NCBI GenBank assembly: GCA_964057225.1
Contig: OZ059899.1
Span: 3,782,001-3,846,000 of the forward strand
From: Auanema rhodensis
Lineage: Eukaryota; Animalia; Nematoda
Reading direction: 5' to 3'
Length of the DNA stretch: 64,000 nucleotides
How positions within the stretch are numbered: the first letter of the stretch is position 1; every line of letters starts with the position of its first letter. Of the stretch, positions 41,901-55,900 are shown in pieces. A program made the translations under genes and the position numbers. Under the pieces are notes generated by a model. The model was given only the letters and a program-made list of their open reading frames with translations, ran no database searches and was not told where the DNA came from.

Positions 41901-44900
41901 CACCGAGATATCAACTGATATAAGTTTACACTTATATCCTCGATTTTCACCCTGAAGAATTAATTTTTTCGTTGAATAACATTGTCCATCGTCTTTGCCT
42001 TGAAAAAAGGAATCTAAAAACATCTACTTTTTGCTAAATTCTTTTGAAATTTTTCGAAAAAATTTTTGTCAAAATGTTTTTGGAAGCAATGTTGAGTGTA
42101 CATGGAAACTCAACATACACTAATGCATCATTTTTCAAACGATCATAACTAATTTTTGTATTAAGCGTTTCTCAATGTAGTATAGTGCATTCGATGCGGA
42201 TTTTTAAGCTGCGTCGATCTGTGTTATCAGATTTGCGCTAGCTTAAAAATGCACCGAGATATCAACTGATATAAGTTTACACTTATATCCTCGATTTTCA
42301 CCCTGAAGAATTAATTTTTTCGTTGAATAACATTGTCCATCGTCTTTGCCTTGAAAAAAGGAATCTAAAAACATCTACTTTTTGCTAAATTATTTTGAAA
42401 TTTTTCGAAAAAATTTTTGTCAAAATGTTTTTGGAAGCAATGTTGAGTGTACATGGAAACTCAACATACACTAATGCATCATTTTTCAAACGATCATAAC
42501 TAATTTTTGTATTAAGCGTTTCTCAATGTAGTATAGTGCATTCGATGCGGATTTTTAAGCTGCGTCGATCTGTGTTATCAGATTTGCGCTAGCTTAAAAA
42601 TGAACCGAGATATCAACTGATATAAGTTCACACTTATATCCTCGATTTTCACCCTAAAGAATTAATTTTTTCGTTAAATAACATTGTCCATCGTCTTTGC
42701 CTTGAAAAAAGGAATCTAAAAACATCTACTTTTTGCTAAATTATTTTGAAATTTTTCGAAAAAATTTTTGTCAAAATGTTTTTGGAAGCAATGTTGAGTG
42801 TACATGGAAACTCAACATACACTAATGTATCATTTTTCAAACGATCATAACTAATTTTTGTATTAAGCGTTCTTCCATGTAGTATAGTGCATTCGATGCG
42901 GATTTTTAAGCTGCGTCGATCTGTGTTATCAGATTTGCGCTAGCTTAAAAACGCACCGAGATATCAACTGATATAAGTTTACACTTATATCCTCGATTTT
43001 CACCCTGAAGAATTAATTTTTTCGTTGAATAACATTGTCCATCGTCTTTGCCTTGAAAAAAGGAATCTAAAAACATCTACTTTTTGCTAAATTATTTTGA
43101 AATTTTTCGAAAAAATTTTTGTCAAAATGTTTTTGGAAGCAATGTTGAGTGTAAATGGAAACTCAACATACACTAATGCATCATTTTTCAAACGATCATA
43201 ACTAATTTTTGTATTAAGCGTTTCTCAATGTAGTATAGTGCATTCGATGCGGATTTTTAAGCTGCGTCGATCTGTGTTATCAGATTTGCGCTAGCTTAAA
43301 AATGTACCGAGATATCAACTGATATAAGTTCACACTTATATCCTCGATTTTCACCCTGAAGAATTAATTTTTTCGTTAAATAACATTGTCCATCGTCTTT
43401 GCCTTGAAAAAAGGAATCTAAAAACATCTACTTTTTGCTAAATTATTTTGAAATTTTTCGAAAAAATTTTTGTCAAAATGTTTTTGGAAGCAATGTTGAG
43501 TGTACATGGAAACTCAACATACACTAATGCATCATTTTTCAAACGATCATAACTAATTTTTGTATTAAGCGTTCTTCCATGTAGTATAGTGCATTCGATG
43601 CGGATTTTTAAGCTGCGTCGATCTGTGTTATCAGATTTGCGCTAGCTTAAAAATGTACCGAGATATCAACTGATATAAGTTCACACTTATATCCTCGATT
43701 TTCACCCTGAAGAATTAATTTTTTCGTTGAATAACATTGTCCATCGTCTTTGCCTTAAAAAAAGGAATCTAAAAACATCTACTTTTTGCTAAATTATTTT
43801 GAAATTTTTCGAAAAAATTTTTGTCAAAATGTTTTTGGAAGCAATGTTGAGTGTACATGGAAACTCAACATACACTAATGCATCATTTTTCGAACGATCA
43901 TAACTAATTTTTGTATTAAGCGTTTCTCAATGTAGTATAGTGCATTCGATGCGGATTTTTAAGCTACGTCGATCTGTGTTATCAGATTTGCGCTAGCTTA
44001 AAAATGCACCGAGATATCAACTGATATAAGTTTACACTTATATCCTCGATTTTCACCCTGAAGAATTAATTTTTTCGTTGAATAACATTGTCCATCGTCT
44101 TTGCCTTGAAAAAAGGAATCTAAAAACATCTACTTTTTGCTAAAGTCTTTTGAAATTTTTCGAAAAAATTTTTGTCAAAATGTTTTTGGAAGCAATGTTG
44201 AGTGTACATGGAAACTCAACATACACTAATGCATCATTTTTCAAACGATCATAACTAATTTTTGTATTAAGCGTTTCTCAATGTAGTATAGTGCATTCGA
44301 TGCGGATTTTTAAGCTGCGTCGATCTGTGTTATCAGATTTGCGCTAGCTTAAAAATGCACCGAGATATCAACTGATATAAGTTTACACTTATATCCTCGA
44401 TTTTCACCCTGAAGAATTAATTTTTTCGTTGAATAACATTGTCCATCGTCTTTGCCTTGAAAAAAGGAATCTAAAAACATCTACTTTTTGCTAAATTATT
44501 TTGAAATTTTTCGAAAAAATTTTTGTCAAAATGTTTTTGGAAGCAATGTTGAGTGTACATGGAAACTCAACATACACTAATGCATCATTTTTCAAACGAT
44601 CATAACTAATTTTTGTATTAAGCGTTTCTCAATGTAGTATAGTGCATTCGATGCGGATTTTTAAGCTACGTCGATCTGTGTTATCAGATTTGCGCTAGCT
44701 TAAAAATGCACCGAGATATCAACTGATATAAGTTCACACTTATATCCTCGATTTTCACCCTAAAGAATTAATTTTTTCGTTAAATAACATTGTCCATCGT
44801 CTTTGCCTTGAAAAAAGGAATCTAAAAACATCTACTTTTTGCTAAATTATTTTGAAATTTTTCGAAAAAATTTTTGTCAAAATGTTTTTGGAAGCAATGT

Positions 44901-44926
44901 TGAGTGTACATGGAAACTCAACATAC
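38960..44926 (+). repeat. Overlapping 4-mer (M112-115 / M116-119) and 6-mer (M117-122 / M123-128) duplications
   Basis: aacgc+gtaaatgg monomers at M113, M117, M123; ttcttcca+ccttaaa at M115, M119, M125; ttcgaacg at M116, M120, M126; ccctaaag at M122, M128. Confidence 0.88.
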
Positions 44927-47900
44927 ACTAATGTATCATTTTTCAAACGATCATAACTAATTTTTGTATTAAGCGTTCTTCCATGTAGTATAGTGCATTC
45001 GATGCGGATTTTTAAGCTGCGTCGATCTGTGTTATCAGATTTGCGCTAGCTTAAAAATGTACCGAGATATCAACTGATATAAGTTCACACTTATATCCTC
45101 GATTTTCACCCTGAAGAATTAATTTTTTCGTTAAATAACATTGTCCATCGTCTTTGCCTTGAAAAAAGGAATCTAAAAACATCTACTTTTTGCTAAATTA
45201 TTTTGAAATTTTTCGAAAAAATTTTTGTCAAAATGTTTTTGGAAGCAATGTTGAGTGTACATGAAAACTCAACATACACTAATGCATCATTTTTCAAACG
45301 ATCATAACTAATTTTTGTATTAAGCGTTTCTCAATGTAGTATAGTGCATTCGATGCGGATTTTTAAGCTACGTCGATCTGTGTTATCAGATTTGCGCTAG
45401 CTTAAAAATGCACCGAGATATCAACTGATATAAGTTTACACTTATATCCTCGATTTTCACCCTGAAGAATTAATTTTTTCGTTGAATAACATTGTCCATC
45501 GTCTTTGCCTTGAAAAAAGGAATCTAAAAACATCTACTTTTTGCTAAATTATTTTGAAATTTTTCGAAAAAATTTTTGTCAAAATGTTTTTGGAAGCAAT
45601 GTTGAGTGTACATGGAAACTCAACATACACTAATGCATCATTTTTCAAACGATCATAACTAATTTTTGTATTAAGCGTTCTTCCATGTAGTATAGTGCAT
45701 TTGATGCGGATTTTTAAGCTGCGTCGATCTGTGTTATCAGATTTGCGCTAGCTTAAAAATGTACCGAGATATCAACTGATATAAGTTCACACTTATATCC
45801 TCGATTTTCACCCTGAAGAATTAATTTTTTCGTTAAATAACATTGTCCATCGTCTTTGCCTTGAAAAAAGGAATCTAAAAACATCTACTTTTTGCTAAAT
45901 TATTTTGAAATTTTTCGAAAAAATTTTTGTCAAAATGTTTTTGGAAGCAATGTTGAGTGTACATGGAAACTCAACATACACTAATGCATCATTTTTCAAA
46001 CGATCATAACTAATTTTTGTATTAAGCGTTTCTCAATGTAGTATAGTGCATTCGATGCGGATTTTTAAGCTACGTCGATCTGTGTTATCAGATTTGCGCT
46101 AGCTTAAAAATGCACCGAGATATCAACTGATATAAGTTTACACTTATATCCTCGATTTTCACCCTGAAGAATTAATTTTTTCGTTGAATAACATTGTCCA
46201 TCGTCTTTGCCTTGAAAAAAGGAATCTAAAAACATCTACTTTTTGCTAAATTATTTTGAAATTTTTCGAAAAAATTTTTGTCAAAATGTTTTTGGAAGCA
46301 ATGTTGAGTGTACATGGAAACTCAACATACACTAATGCATCATTTTTCAAACGATCATAACTAATTTTTGTATTAAGCGTTTCTCAATGTAGTATAGTGC
46401 ATTCGATGCGGATTTTTAAGCTGCGTCGATCTGTGTTATCAGATTTGCGCTAGCTTAAAAATGTACCGAGATATCAACTGATATAAGTTCACACTTATAT
46501 CCTCGATTTTCACCCTGAAGAATTAATTTTTTCGTTAAATAACATTGTCCATCGTCTTTGCCTTGAAAAAAGGAATCTAAAAACATCTACTTTTTGCTAA
46601 ATTATTTTGAAATTTTTCGAAAAAATTTTTGTCAAAATGTTTTTGGAAGCAATGTTGAGTGTACATGGAAACTCAACATACACTAATGCATCATTTTTCA
46701 AACGATCATAACTAATTTTTGTATTAAGCGTTTCTCAATGTAGTATAGTGCATTCGATGCGGATTTTTAAGCTACGTCGATCTGTGTTATCAGATTTGCG
46801 CTAGCTTAAAAATGCACCGAGATATCAACTGATATAAGTTTACACTTATATCCTCGATTTTCACCCTGAAGAATTAATTTTTTCGTTGAATAACATTGTC
46901 CATCGTCTTTGCCTTGAAAAAAGGAATCTAAAAACATCTACTTTTTGCTAAATTATTTTGAAATTTTTCGAAAAAATTTTTGTCAAAATGTTTTTGGAAG
47001 CAATGTTGAGTGTACATGGAAACTCAACATACACTAATGCATCATTTTTCAAACGATCATAACTAATTTTTGTATTAAGCGTTTCTCAATGTAGTATAGT
47101 GCATTCGATGCGGATTTTTAAGCTACGTCGATCTGTGTTATCAGATTTGCGCTAGCTTAAAAATGCACCGAGATATCAACTGATATAAGTTTACACTTAT
47201 ATCCTCGATTTTCACCCTGAAGAATTAATTTTTTCGTTGAATAACATTGTCCATCGTCTTTGCCTTGAAAAAAGGAATCTAAAAACATCTACTTTTTGCT
47301 AAATTATTTTGAAATTTTTCGAAAAAATTTTTGTCAAAATGTTTTTGGAAGCAATGTTGAGTGTACATGGAAACTCAACATACACTAATGCATCATTTTT
47401 CAAACGATCATAACTAATTTTTGTATTAAGCGTTTCTCAATGTAGTATAGTGCATTCGATGCGGATTTTTAAGCTGCGTCGATCTGTGTTATCAGATTTG
47501 CGCTAGCTTAAAAATGAACCGAGATATCAACTGATATAAGTTCACACTTATATCCTCGATTTTCACCCTAAAGAATTAATTTTTTCGTTAAATAACATTG
47601 TCCATCGTCTTTGCCTTGAAAAAAGGAATCTAAAAACATCTACTTTTTGCTAAATTATTTTGAAATTTTTCGAAAAAATTTTTGTCAAAATGTTTTTGGA
47701 AGCAATGTTGAGTGTACATGGAAACTCAACATACACTAATGCATCATTTTTCAAACGATCATAACTAATTTTTGTATTAAGCGTTCTTCCATGTAGTATA
47801 GTGCATTCGATGCGGATTTTTAAGCTGCGTCGATCTGTGTTATCAGATTTGCGCTAGCTTAAAAATGTACCGAGATATCAACTGATATAAGTTCACACTT

Positions 47901-49489
47901 ATATCCTCGATTTTCACCCTGAAGAATTAATTTTTTCGTTAAATAACATTGTCCATCGTCTTTGCCTTGAAAAAAGGAATCTAAAAACATCTACTTTTTG
48001 CTAAATTATTTTGAAATTTTTCGAAAAAATTTTTGTCAAAATGTTTTTGGAAGCAATGTTGAGTGTACATGAAAACTCAACATACACTAATGCATCATTT
48101 TTCAAACGATCATAACTAATTTTTGTATTAAGCGTTTCTCAATGTAGTATAGTGCATTCGATGCGGATTTTTAAGCTACGTCGATCTGTGTTATCAGATT
48201 TGCGCTAGCTTAAAAATGTACCGAGATATCAACTGATATAAGTTCACACTTATATCCTCGATTTTCACCCTGAAGAATTAATTTTTTCGTTGAATAACAT
48301 TGTCCATCGTCTTTGCCTTAAAAAAAGGAATCTAAAAACATCTACTTTTTGCTAAATTATTTTGAAATTTTTCGAAAAAATTTTTGTCAAAATGTTTTTG
48401 GAAGCAATGTTGAGTGTACATGGAAACTCAATATACACTAATGCATCATTTTTCAAACGATCATAACTAATTTTTGTATTAAGCGTTTCTCAATGTAGTA
48501 TAGTGCATTCGATGCGGATTTTTAAGCTACGTCGATCTGTGTTATCAGATTTGCGCTAGCTTAAAAATGCACCGAGATATCAACTGATATAAGTTTACAC
48601 TTATATCCTCGATTTTCACCCTGAAGAATTAATTTTTTCGTTGAATAACATTGTTCATCGTCTTTGCCTTGAAAAAAGGAATCTAAAAACATCTACTTTT
48701 TGCTAAATTATTTTGAAATTTTTCGAAAAAATTTTTGTCAAAATGTTTTTGGAAGCAATGTTGAGTGTACATGGAAACTCAACATACACTAATGCATCAT
48801 TTTTCAAACGATCATAACTAATTTTTGTATTAAGCGTTTCTCAATGTAGTATAGTGCATTCGATGCGGATTTTTAAGCTACGTCGATCTGTGTTATCAGA
48901 TTTGCGCTAGCTTAAAAATGCACCGAGATATCAACTGATATAAGTTTACACTTATATCCTCGATTTTCACCCTGAAGAATTAATTTTTTCGTTGAATAAC
49001 ATTGTCCATCGTCTTTGCCTTGAAAAAAGGAATCTAAAAACATCTACTTTTTGCTAAATTATTTTGAAATTTTTCGAAAAAATTTTTGTCAAAATGTTTT
49101 TGGAAGCAATGTTGAGTGTACATGGAAACTCAACATACACTAATGCATCATTTTTCAAACGATCCTAACTAATTTTTGTATTAAGCGTTCTTCCATGTAG
49201 TATAGTGCATTCGATGCAAATTTTTAAGCTGCGTCGATCTGTGTTATCAGATTTGCGCTAGCTTAAAAATGTACCGAGATATCAACTGATATAAGTTCAC
49301 ACTTATATCCTCGATTTTCACCCTGAAGAATTAATTTTTTCGTTAAATAACATTGTCCATCGTCTTTGCCTTGAAAAAAGGAATCTAAAAACATCTACTT
49401 TTTGCTAAATTATTTTGAAATTTTTCGAAAAAATTTTTGTCAAAATGTTTTTGGAAGCAATGTTGAGTGTACATGGAAACTCAACATAC

Positions 49490-52400
49490 ACTAATGCATC
49501 ATTTTTCAAACGATCATAACTAATTTTTGTATTAAGCGTTTCTCAATGTAGTATAGTGCATTCGATGCGGATTTTTAAGCTACGTCGATCTGTGTTATCA
49601 GATTTGCGCTAGCTTAAAAATGCACCGAGATATCAACTGATATAAGTTTACACTTATATCCTCGATTTTCACCCTGAAGAATTAATTTTTTCGTTGAATA
49701 ACATTGTCCATCGTCTTTGCCTTGAAAAAAGGAATCTAAAAACATCTACTTTTTGCTAAATTATTTTGAAATTTTTCGAAAAAATTTTTGTCAAAATGTT
49801 TTTGGAAGCAATGTTGAGTGTACATGGAAACTCAACATACACTAATGCATCATTTTTCAAACGATCATAACTAATTTTTGTATTAAGCGTTTCTCAATGT
49901 AGTATAGTGCATTCGATGCGGATTTTTAAGCTGCGTCGATCTGTGTTATCAGATTTGCGCTAGCTTAAAAATGTACCGAGATATCAACTGATATAAGTTC
50001 ACACTTATATCCTCGATTTTCACCCTGAAGAATTAATTTTTTCGTTAAATAACATTGTCCATCGTCTTTGCCTTGAAAAAAGGAATCTAAAAACATCTAC
50101 TTTTTGCTAAATTATTTTGAAATTTTTCGAAAAAATTTTTGTCAAAATGTTTTTGGAAGCAATGTTGAGTGTACATGGAAACTCAACATACACTAATGCA
50201 TCATTTTTCAAACGATCATAACTAATTTTTGTATTAAGCGTTTCTCAATGTAGTATAGTGCATTCGATGCGGATTTTTAAGCTACGTCGATCTGTGTTAT
50301 CAGATTTGCGCTAGCTTAAAAATGCACCGAGATATCAACTGATATAAGTTTACACTTATATCCTCGATTTTCACCCTGAAGAATTAATTTTTTCGTTGAA
50401 TAACATTGTCCATCGTCTTTGCCTTGAAAAAAGGAATCTAAAAACATCTACTTTTTGCTAAATTATTTTGAAATTTTTCGAAAAAATTTTTGTCAAAATG
50501 TTTTTGGAAGCAATGTTGAGTGTACATGGAAACTCAACATACACTAATGCATCATTTTTCAAACGATCATAACTAATTTTTGTATTAAGCGTTTCTCAAT
50601 GTAGTATAGTGCATTCGATGCGGATTTTTAAGCTGCGTCGATCTGTGTTATCAGATTTGCGCTAGCTTAAAAATGTACCGAGATATCAACTGATATAAGT
50701 TCACACTTATATCCTCGATTTTCACCCTGAAGAATTAATTTTTTCGTTAAATAACATTGTCCATCGTCTTTGCCTTGAAAAAAGGAATCTAAAAACATCT
50801 ACTTTTTGCTAAATTATTTCGAAATTTTTCGAAAAAATTTTTGTCAAAATGTTTTTGGAAGCAATGTTGAGTGTACATGGAAACTCAACATACACTAATG
50901 CATCATTTTTCAAACGATCATAACTAATTTTTGTATTAAGCGTTTCTCAATGTAGTATAGTGCATTCGATGCGGATTTTTAAGCTACGTCGATCTGTGTT
51001 ATCAGATTTGCGCTAGCTTAAAAATGCACCGAGATATCAACTGATATAAGTTTACACTTATATCCTCGATTTTCACCCTGAAGAATTAATTTTTTCGTTG
51101 AATAACATTGTCCATCGTCTTTGCCTTGAAAAAAGGAATCTAAAAACATCTACTTTTTGCTAAATTATTTTGAAATTTTTCGAAAAAATTTTTGTCAAAA
51201 TGTTTTTGGAAGCAATGTTGAGTGTACATGGAAACTCAACATACACTAATGCATCATTTTTCAAACGATCATAACTAATTTTTGTATTAAGCGTTTCTCA
51301 ATGTAGTATAGTGCATTCGATGCGGATTTTTAAGCTACGTCGATCTGTGTTATCAGATTTGCGCTAGCTTAAAAATGCACCGAGATATCAACTGATATAA
51401 GTTTACACTTATATCCTCGATTTTCACCCTGAAGAATTAATTTTTTCGTTGAATAACATTGTCCATCGTCTTTGCCTTGAAAAAAGGAATCTAAAAACAT
51501 CTACTTTTTGCTAAATTATTTTGAAATTTTTCGAAAAAATTTTTGTCAAAATGTTTTTGGAAGCAATGTTGAGTGTACATGGAAACTCAACATACACTAA
51601 TGCATCATTTTTCAAACGATCATAACTAATTTTTGTATTAAGCGTTTCTCAATGTAGTATAGTGCATTCGATGCGGATTTTTAAGCTGCGTCGATCTGTG
51701 TTATCAGATTTGCGCTAGCTTAAAAATGTACCGAGATATCAACTGATATAAGTTCACACTTATATCCTCGATTTTCACCCTGAAGAATTAATTTTTTCGT
51801 TAAATAACATTGTCCATCGTCTTTGCCTTGAAAAAAGGAATCTAAAAACATCTACTTTTTGCTAAATTATTTTGAAATTTTTCGAAAAAATTTTTGTCAA
51901 AATGTTTTTGGAAGCAATGTTGAGTGTACATGGAAACTCAACATACACTAATGCATCATTTTTCAAACGATCATAACTAATTTTTGTATTAAGCGTTTCT
52001 CAATGTAGTATAGTGCATTCGATGCGGATTTTTAAGCTACGTCGATCTGTGTTATCAGATTTGCGCTAGCTTAAAAATGCACCGAGATATCAACTGATAT
52101 AAGTTTACACTTATATCCTCGATTTTCACCCTGAAGAATTAATTTTTTCGTTGAATAACATTGTCCATCGTCTTTGCCTTGAAAAAAGGAATCTAAAAAC
52201 ATCTACTTTTTGCTAAATTATTTTGAAATTTTTCGAAAAAATTTTTGTCAAAATGTTTTTGGAAGCAATGTTGAGTGTACATGGAAACTCAACATACACT
52301 AATGCATCATTTTTCAAACGATCATAACTAATTTTTGTATTAAGCGTTTCTCAATGTAGTATAGTGCATTCGATGCGGATTTTTAAGCTGCGTCGATCTG

Positions 52401-52999
52401 TGTTATCAGATTTGCGCTAGCTTAAAAATGTACCGAGATATCAACTGATATAAGTTCACACTTATATCCTCGATTTTCACCCTGAAGAATTAATTTTTTC
52501 GTTAAATAACATTGTCCATCGTCTTTGCCTTGAAAAAAGGAATCTAAAAACATCTACTTTTTGCTAAATTATTTCGAAATTTTTCGAAAAAATTTTTGTC
52601 AAAATGTTTTTGGAAGCAATGTTGAGTGTACATGGAAACTCAACATACACTAATGCATCATTTTTCAAACGATCATAACTAATTTTTGTATTAAGCGTTT
52701 CTCAATGTAGTATAGTGCATTCGATGCGGATTTTTAAGCTACGTCGATCTGTGTTATCAGATTTGCGCTAGCTTAAAAATGCACCGAGATATCAACTGAT
52801 ATAAGTTTACACTTATATCCTCGATTTTCACCCTGAAGAATTAATTTTTTCGTTGAATAACATTGTCCATCGTCTTTGCCTTGAAAAAAGGAATCTAAAA
52901 ACATCTACTTTTTGCTAAATTATTTTGAAATTTTTCGAAAAAATTTTTGTCAAAATGTTTTTGGAAGCAATGTTGAGTGTACATGGAAACTCAACATAC
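49490..52999 (+). repeat. 5-monomer (1755 bp) tandem duplication A-B-A-B*-A x2, M142-146 / M147-151
   Basis: A = gctacg+tttac and B = atgtacc+gttaaat. The B* marker tatttCgaa is at 50820 and 52575 (offset 1755). Confidence 0.88.
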
Positions 53000-55900
53000 A
53001 CTAATGCATCATTTTTCAAACGATCATAACTAATTTTTGTATTAAGCGTTTCTCAATGTAGTATAGTGCATTCGATGCGGATTTTTAAGCTGCGTCGATC
53101 TGTGTTATCAGATTTGCGCTAGCTTAAAAATGCACCGAGATATCAACTGATATAAGTTTACACTTATATCCTCGATTTTCACCCTGAAGAATTAATTTTT
53201 TCGTTGAATAACATTGTCCATCGTCTTTGCCTTGAAAAAAGGAATCTAAAAACTTCTACTTTTTGCTAAATTATTTTGAAATTTTTCGAAAAAATTTTTG
53301 TCAAAATGTTTTTGGAAGCAATGTTGAGTGTACATGGAAACTCAACATACACTAATGCATCATTTTTCAAACGATCATAACTAATTTTTGTATTAAGCGT
53401 TTATCAATGTAGTATAGTGCATTCGATGCGGATTTTTAAGCTGCGTCGATCTGTGTTATCAGATTTGCGCTAGCTTAAAAATGCACCGAGATATCAACTG
53501 ATATAAGTTCACACTTATATCCTCGATTTTCACCCTAAAGAATTAATTTTTTCGTTAAATAACATTGTCCATCGTCTTTGCCTTGAAAAAAGGAATCTAA
53601 AAACATCTACTTTTTGCTAAATTATTTTGAAATTTTTCGAAAAAATTTTTGTCAAAATGTTTTTGGAAGCAATGTTGAGTGTACATGGAAACTCAACATA
53701 CACTAATGCATCATTTTTCAAACGATCATAACTAATTTTTGTATTAAGCGTTCTTCCATGTAGTATAGTGCATTCGATGCGGATTTTTAAGCTGCGTCGA
53801 TCTGTGTTATCAGATTTGCGCTAGCTTAAAAATGTACCGAGATATCAACTGATATAAGTTCACACTTATATCCTCGATTTTCACCCTGAAGAATTAATTT
53901 TTTCGTTAAATAACATTGTCCATCGTCTTTGCCTTGAAAAAAGGAATCTAAAAACATCTACTTTTTGCTAAATTATTTTGAAATTTTTCGAAAAAATTGT
54001 TGTCAAAATGTTTTTGGAAGCAATGTTGAGTGTAAATGGAAACTCAACATACACTAATGCATCATTTTTCAAACGATCATAACTAATTTTTGTATTAAGC
54101 GTTTCTCAATGTAGTATAGTGCATTCGATGCGGATTTTTAAGCTGCGTCGATCTGTGTTATCAGATTTGCGCTAGCTTAAAAATGTACCGAGATATCAAC
54201 TGATATAAGTTCACACTTATATCCTCGATTTTCACCCTGAAGAATTAATTTTTTCGTTGAATAACATTGTCCATCGTCTTTGCCTTGAAAAAAGGAATCT
54301 AAAAACATCTACTTTTTGCTAAATTATTTTGAAATTTTTCGAAAAAATTTTTGTCAAAATGTTTTTGGAAGCAATGTTGAGTGTACATGGAAACTCAACA
54401 TACACTAATGCATCATTTTTCAAACGATCATAACTAATTTTTGTATTAAGCGTTTCTCAATGTAGTATAGTGCATTCGATGCGGATTTTTAAGCTACGTC
54501 GATCTGTGTTATCAGATTTGCGCTAGCTTAAAAATGCACCGAGATATCAACTGATATAAGTTTACACTTATATCCTCGATTTTCACCCTGAAGAATTAAT
54601 TTTTTCGTTGAATAACATTGTCCATCGTCTTTGCCTTGAAAAAAGGAATCTAAAAACATCTACTTTTTGCTAAATTATTTTGAAATTTTTCGAAAAAATT
54701 TTTGTCAAAATGTTTTTGGAAGCAATGTTGAGTGTACATGGAAACTCAACATACACTAATGCATCATTTTTCAAACGATCATAACTAATTTTTGTATTAA
54801 GCGTTTCTCAATGTAGTATAGTGCATTCGATGCGGATTTTTAAGCTGCGTCGATCTGTGTTATCAGATTTGCGCTAGCTTAAAAATGTACCGAGATATCA
54901 ACTGATATAAGTTCACACTTATATCCTCGATTTTCACCCTGAAGAATTAATTTTTTCGTTAAATAACATTGTCCATCGTCTTTGCCTTGAAAAAAGGAAT
55001 CTAAAAACATCTACTTTTTGCTAAATTATTTTGAAATTTTTCGAAAAAATTTTTGTCAAAATGTTTTTGGAAGCAATGTTGAGTGTACATGGAAACTCAA
55101 CATACACTAATGCATCATTTTTCAAACGATCATAACTAATTTTTGTATTAAGCGTTTCTCAATGTAGTATAGTGCATTCGATGCGGATTTTTAAGCTACG
55201 TCGATCTGTGTTATCAGATTTGCGCTAGCTTAAAAATGCACCGAGATATCAACTGATATAAGTTTACACTTATATCCTCGATTTTCACCCTGAAGAATTA
55301 ATTTTTTCGTTGAATAACATTGTCCATCGTCTTTGCCTTGAAAAAAGGAATCTAAAAACATCTACTTTTTGCTAAATTATTTTGAAATTTTTCGAAAAAA
55401 TTTTTGTCAAAATGTTTTTGGAAGCAATGTTGAGTGTACATGGAAACTCAACATACACTAATGCATCATTTTTCAAACGATCATAACTAATTTTTGTATT
55501 AAGCGTTTTTCAATGTAGTATAGTGCATTCGATGCGGATTTTTAAGCTGCGTCGATCTGTGTTATCAGATTTGCGCTAGCTTGAAAATGTACCGAGATAT
55601 CAACTGATATAAGTTCACACTTATATCCTCGATTTTCACCCTGAAGAATTAATTTTTTCGTTGAATAACATTGTCCATCGTCTTTGCCTTGAAAAAAGGA
55701 ATCTAAAAACATCTACTTTTTGCTAAATTATTTTGAAATTTTTCGAAAAAATTTTTGTCAAAATGTTTTTGGAAGCAATGTTGAGTGTACATGGAAACTC
55801 AACATACACTAATGCATCATTTTTCAAACGATCATAACTAATTTTTGTATTAAGCGTTTCTCAATGTAGTATAGTGCATTCGATGCGGATTTTTAAGCTG

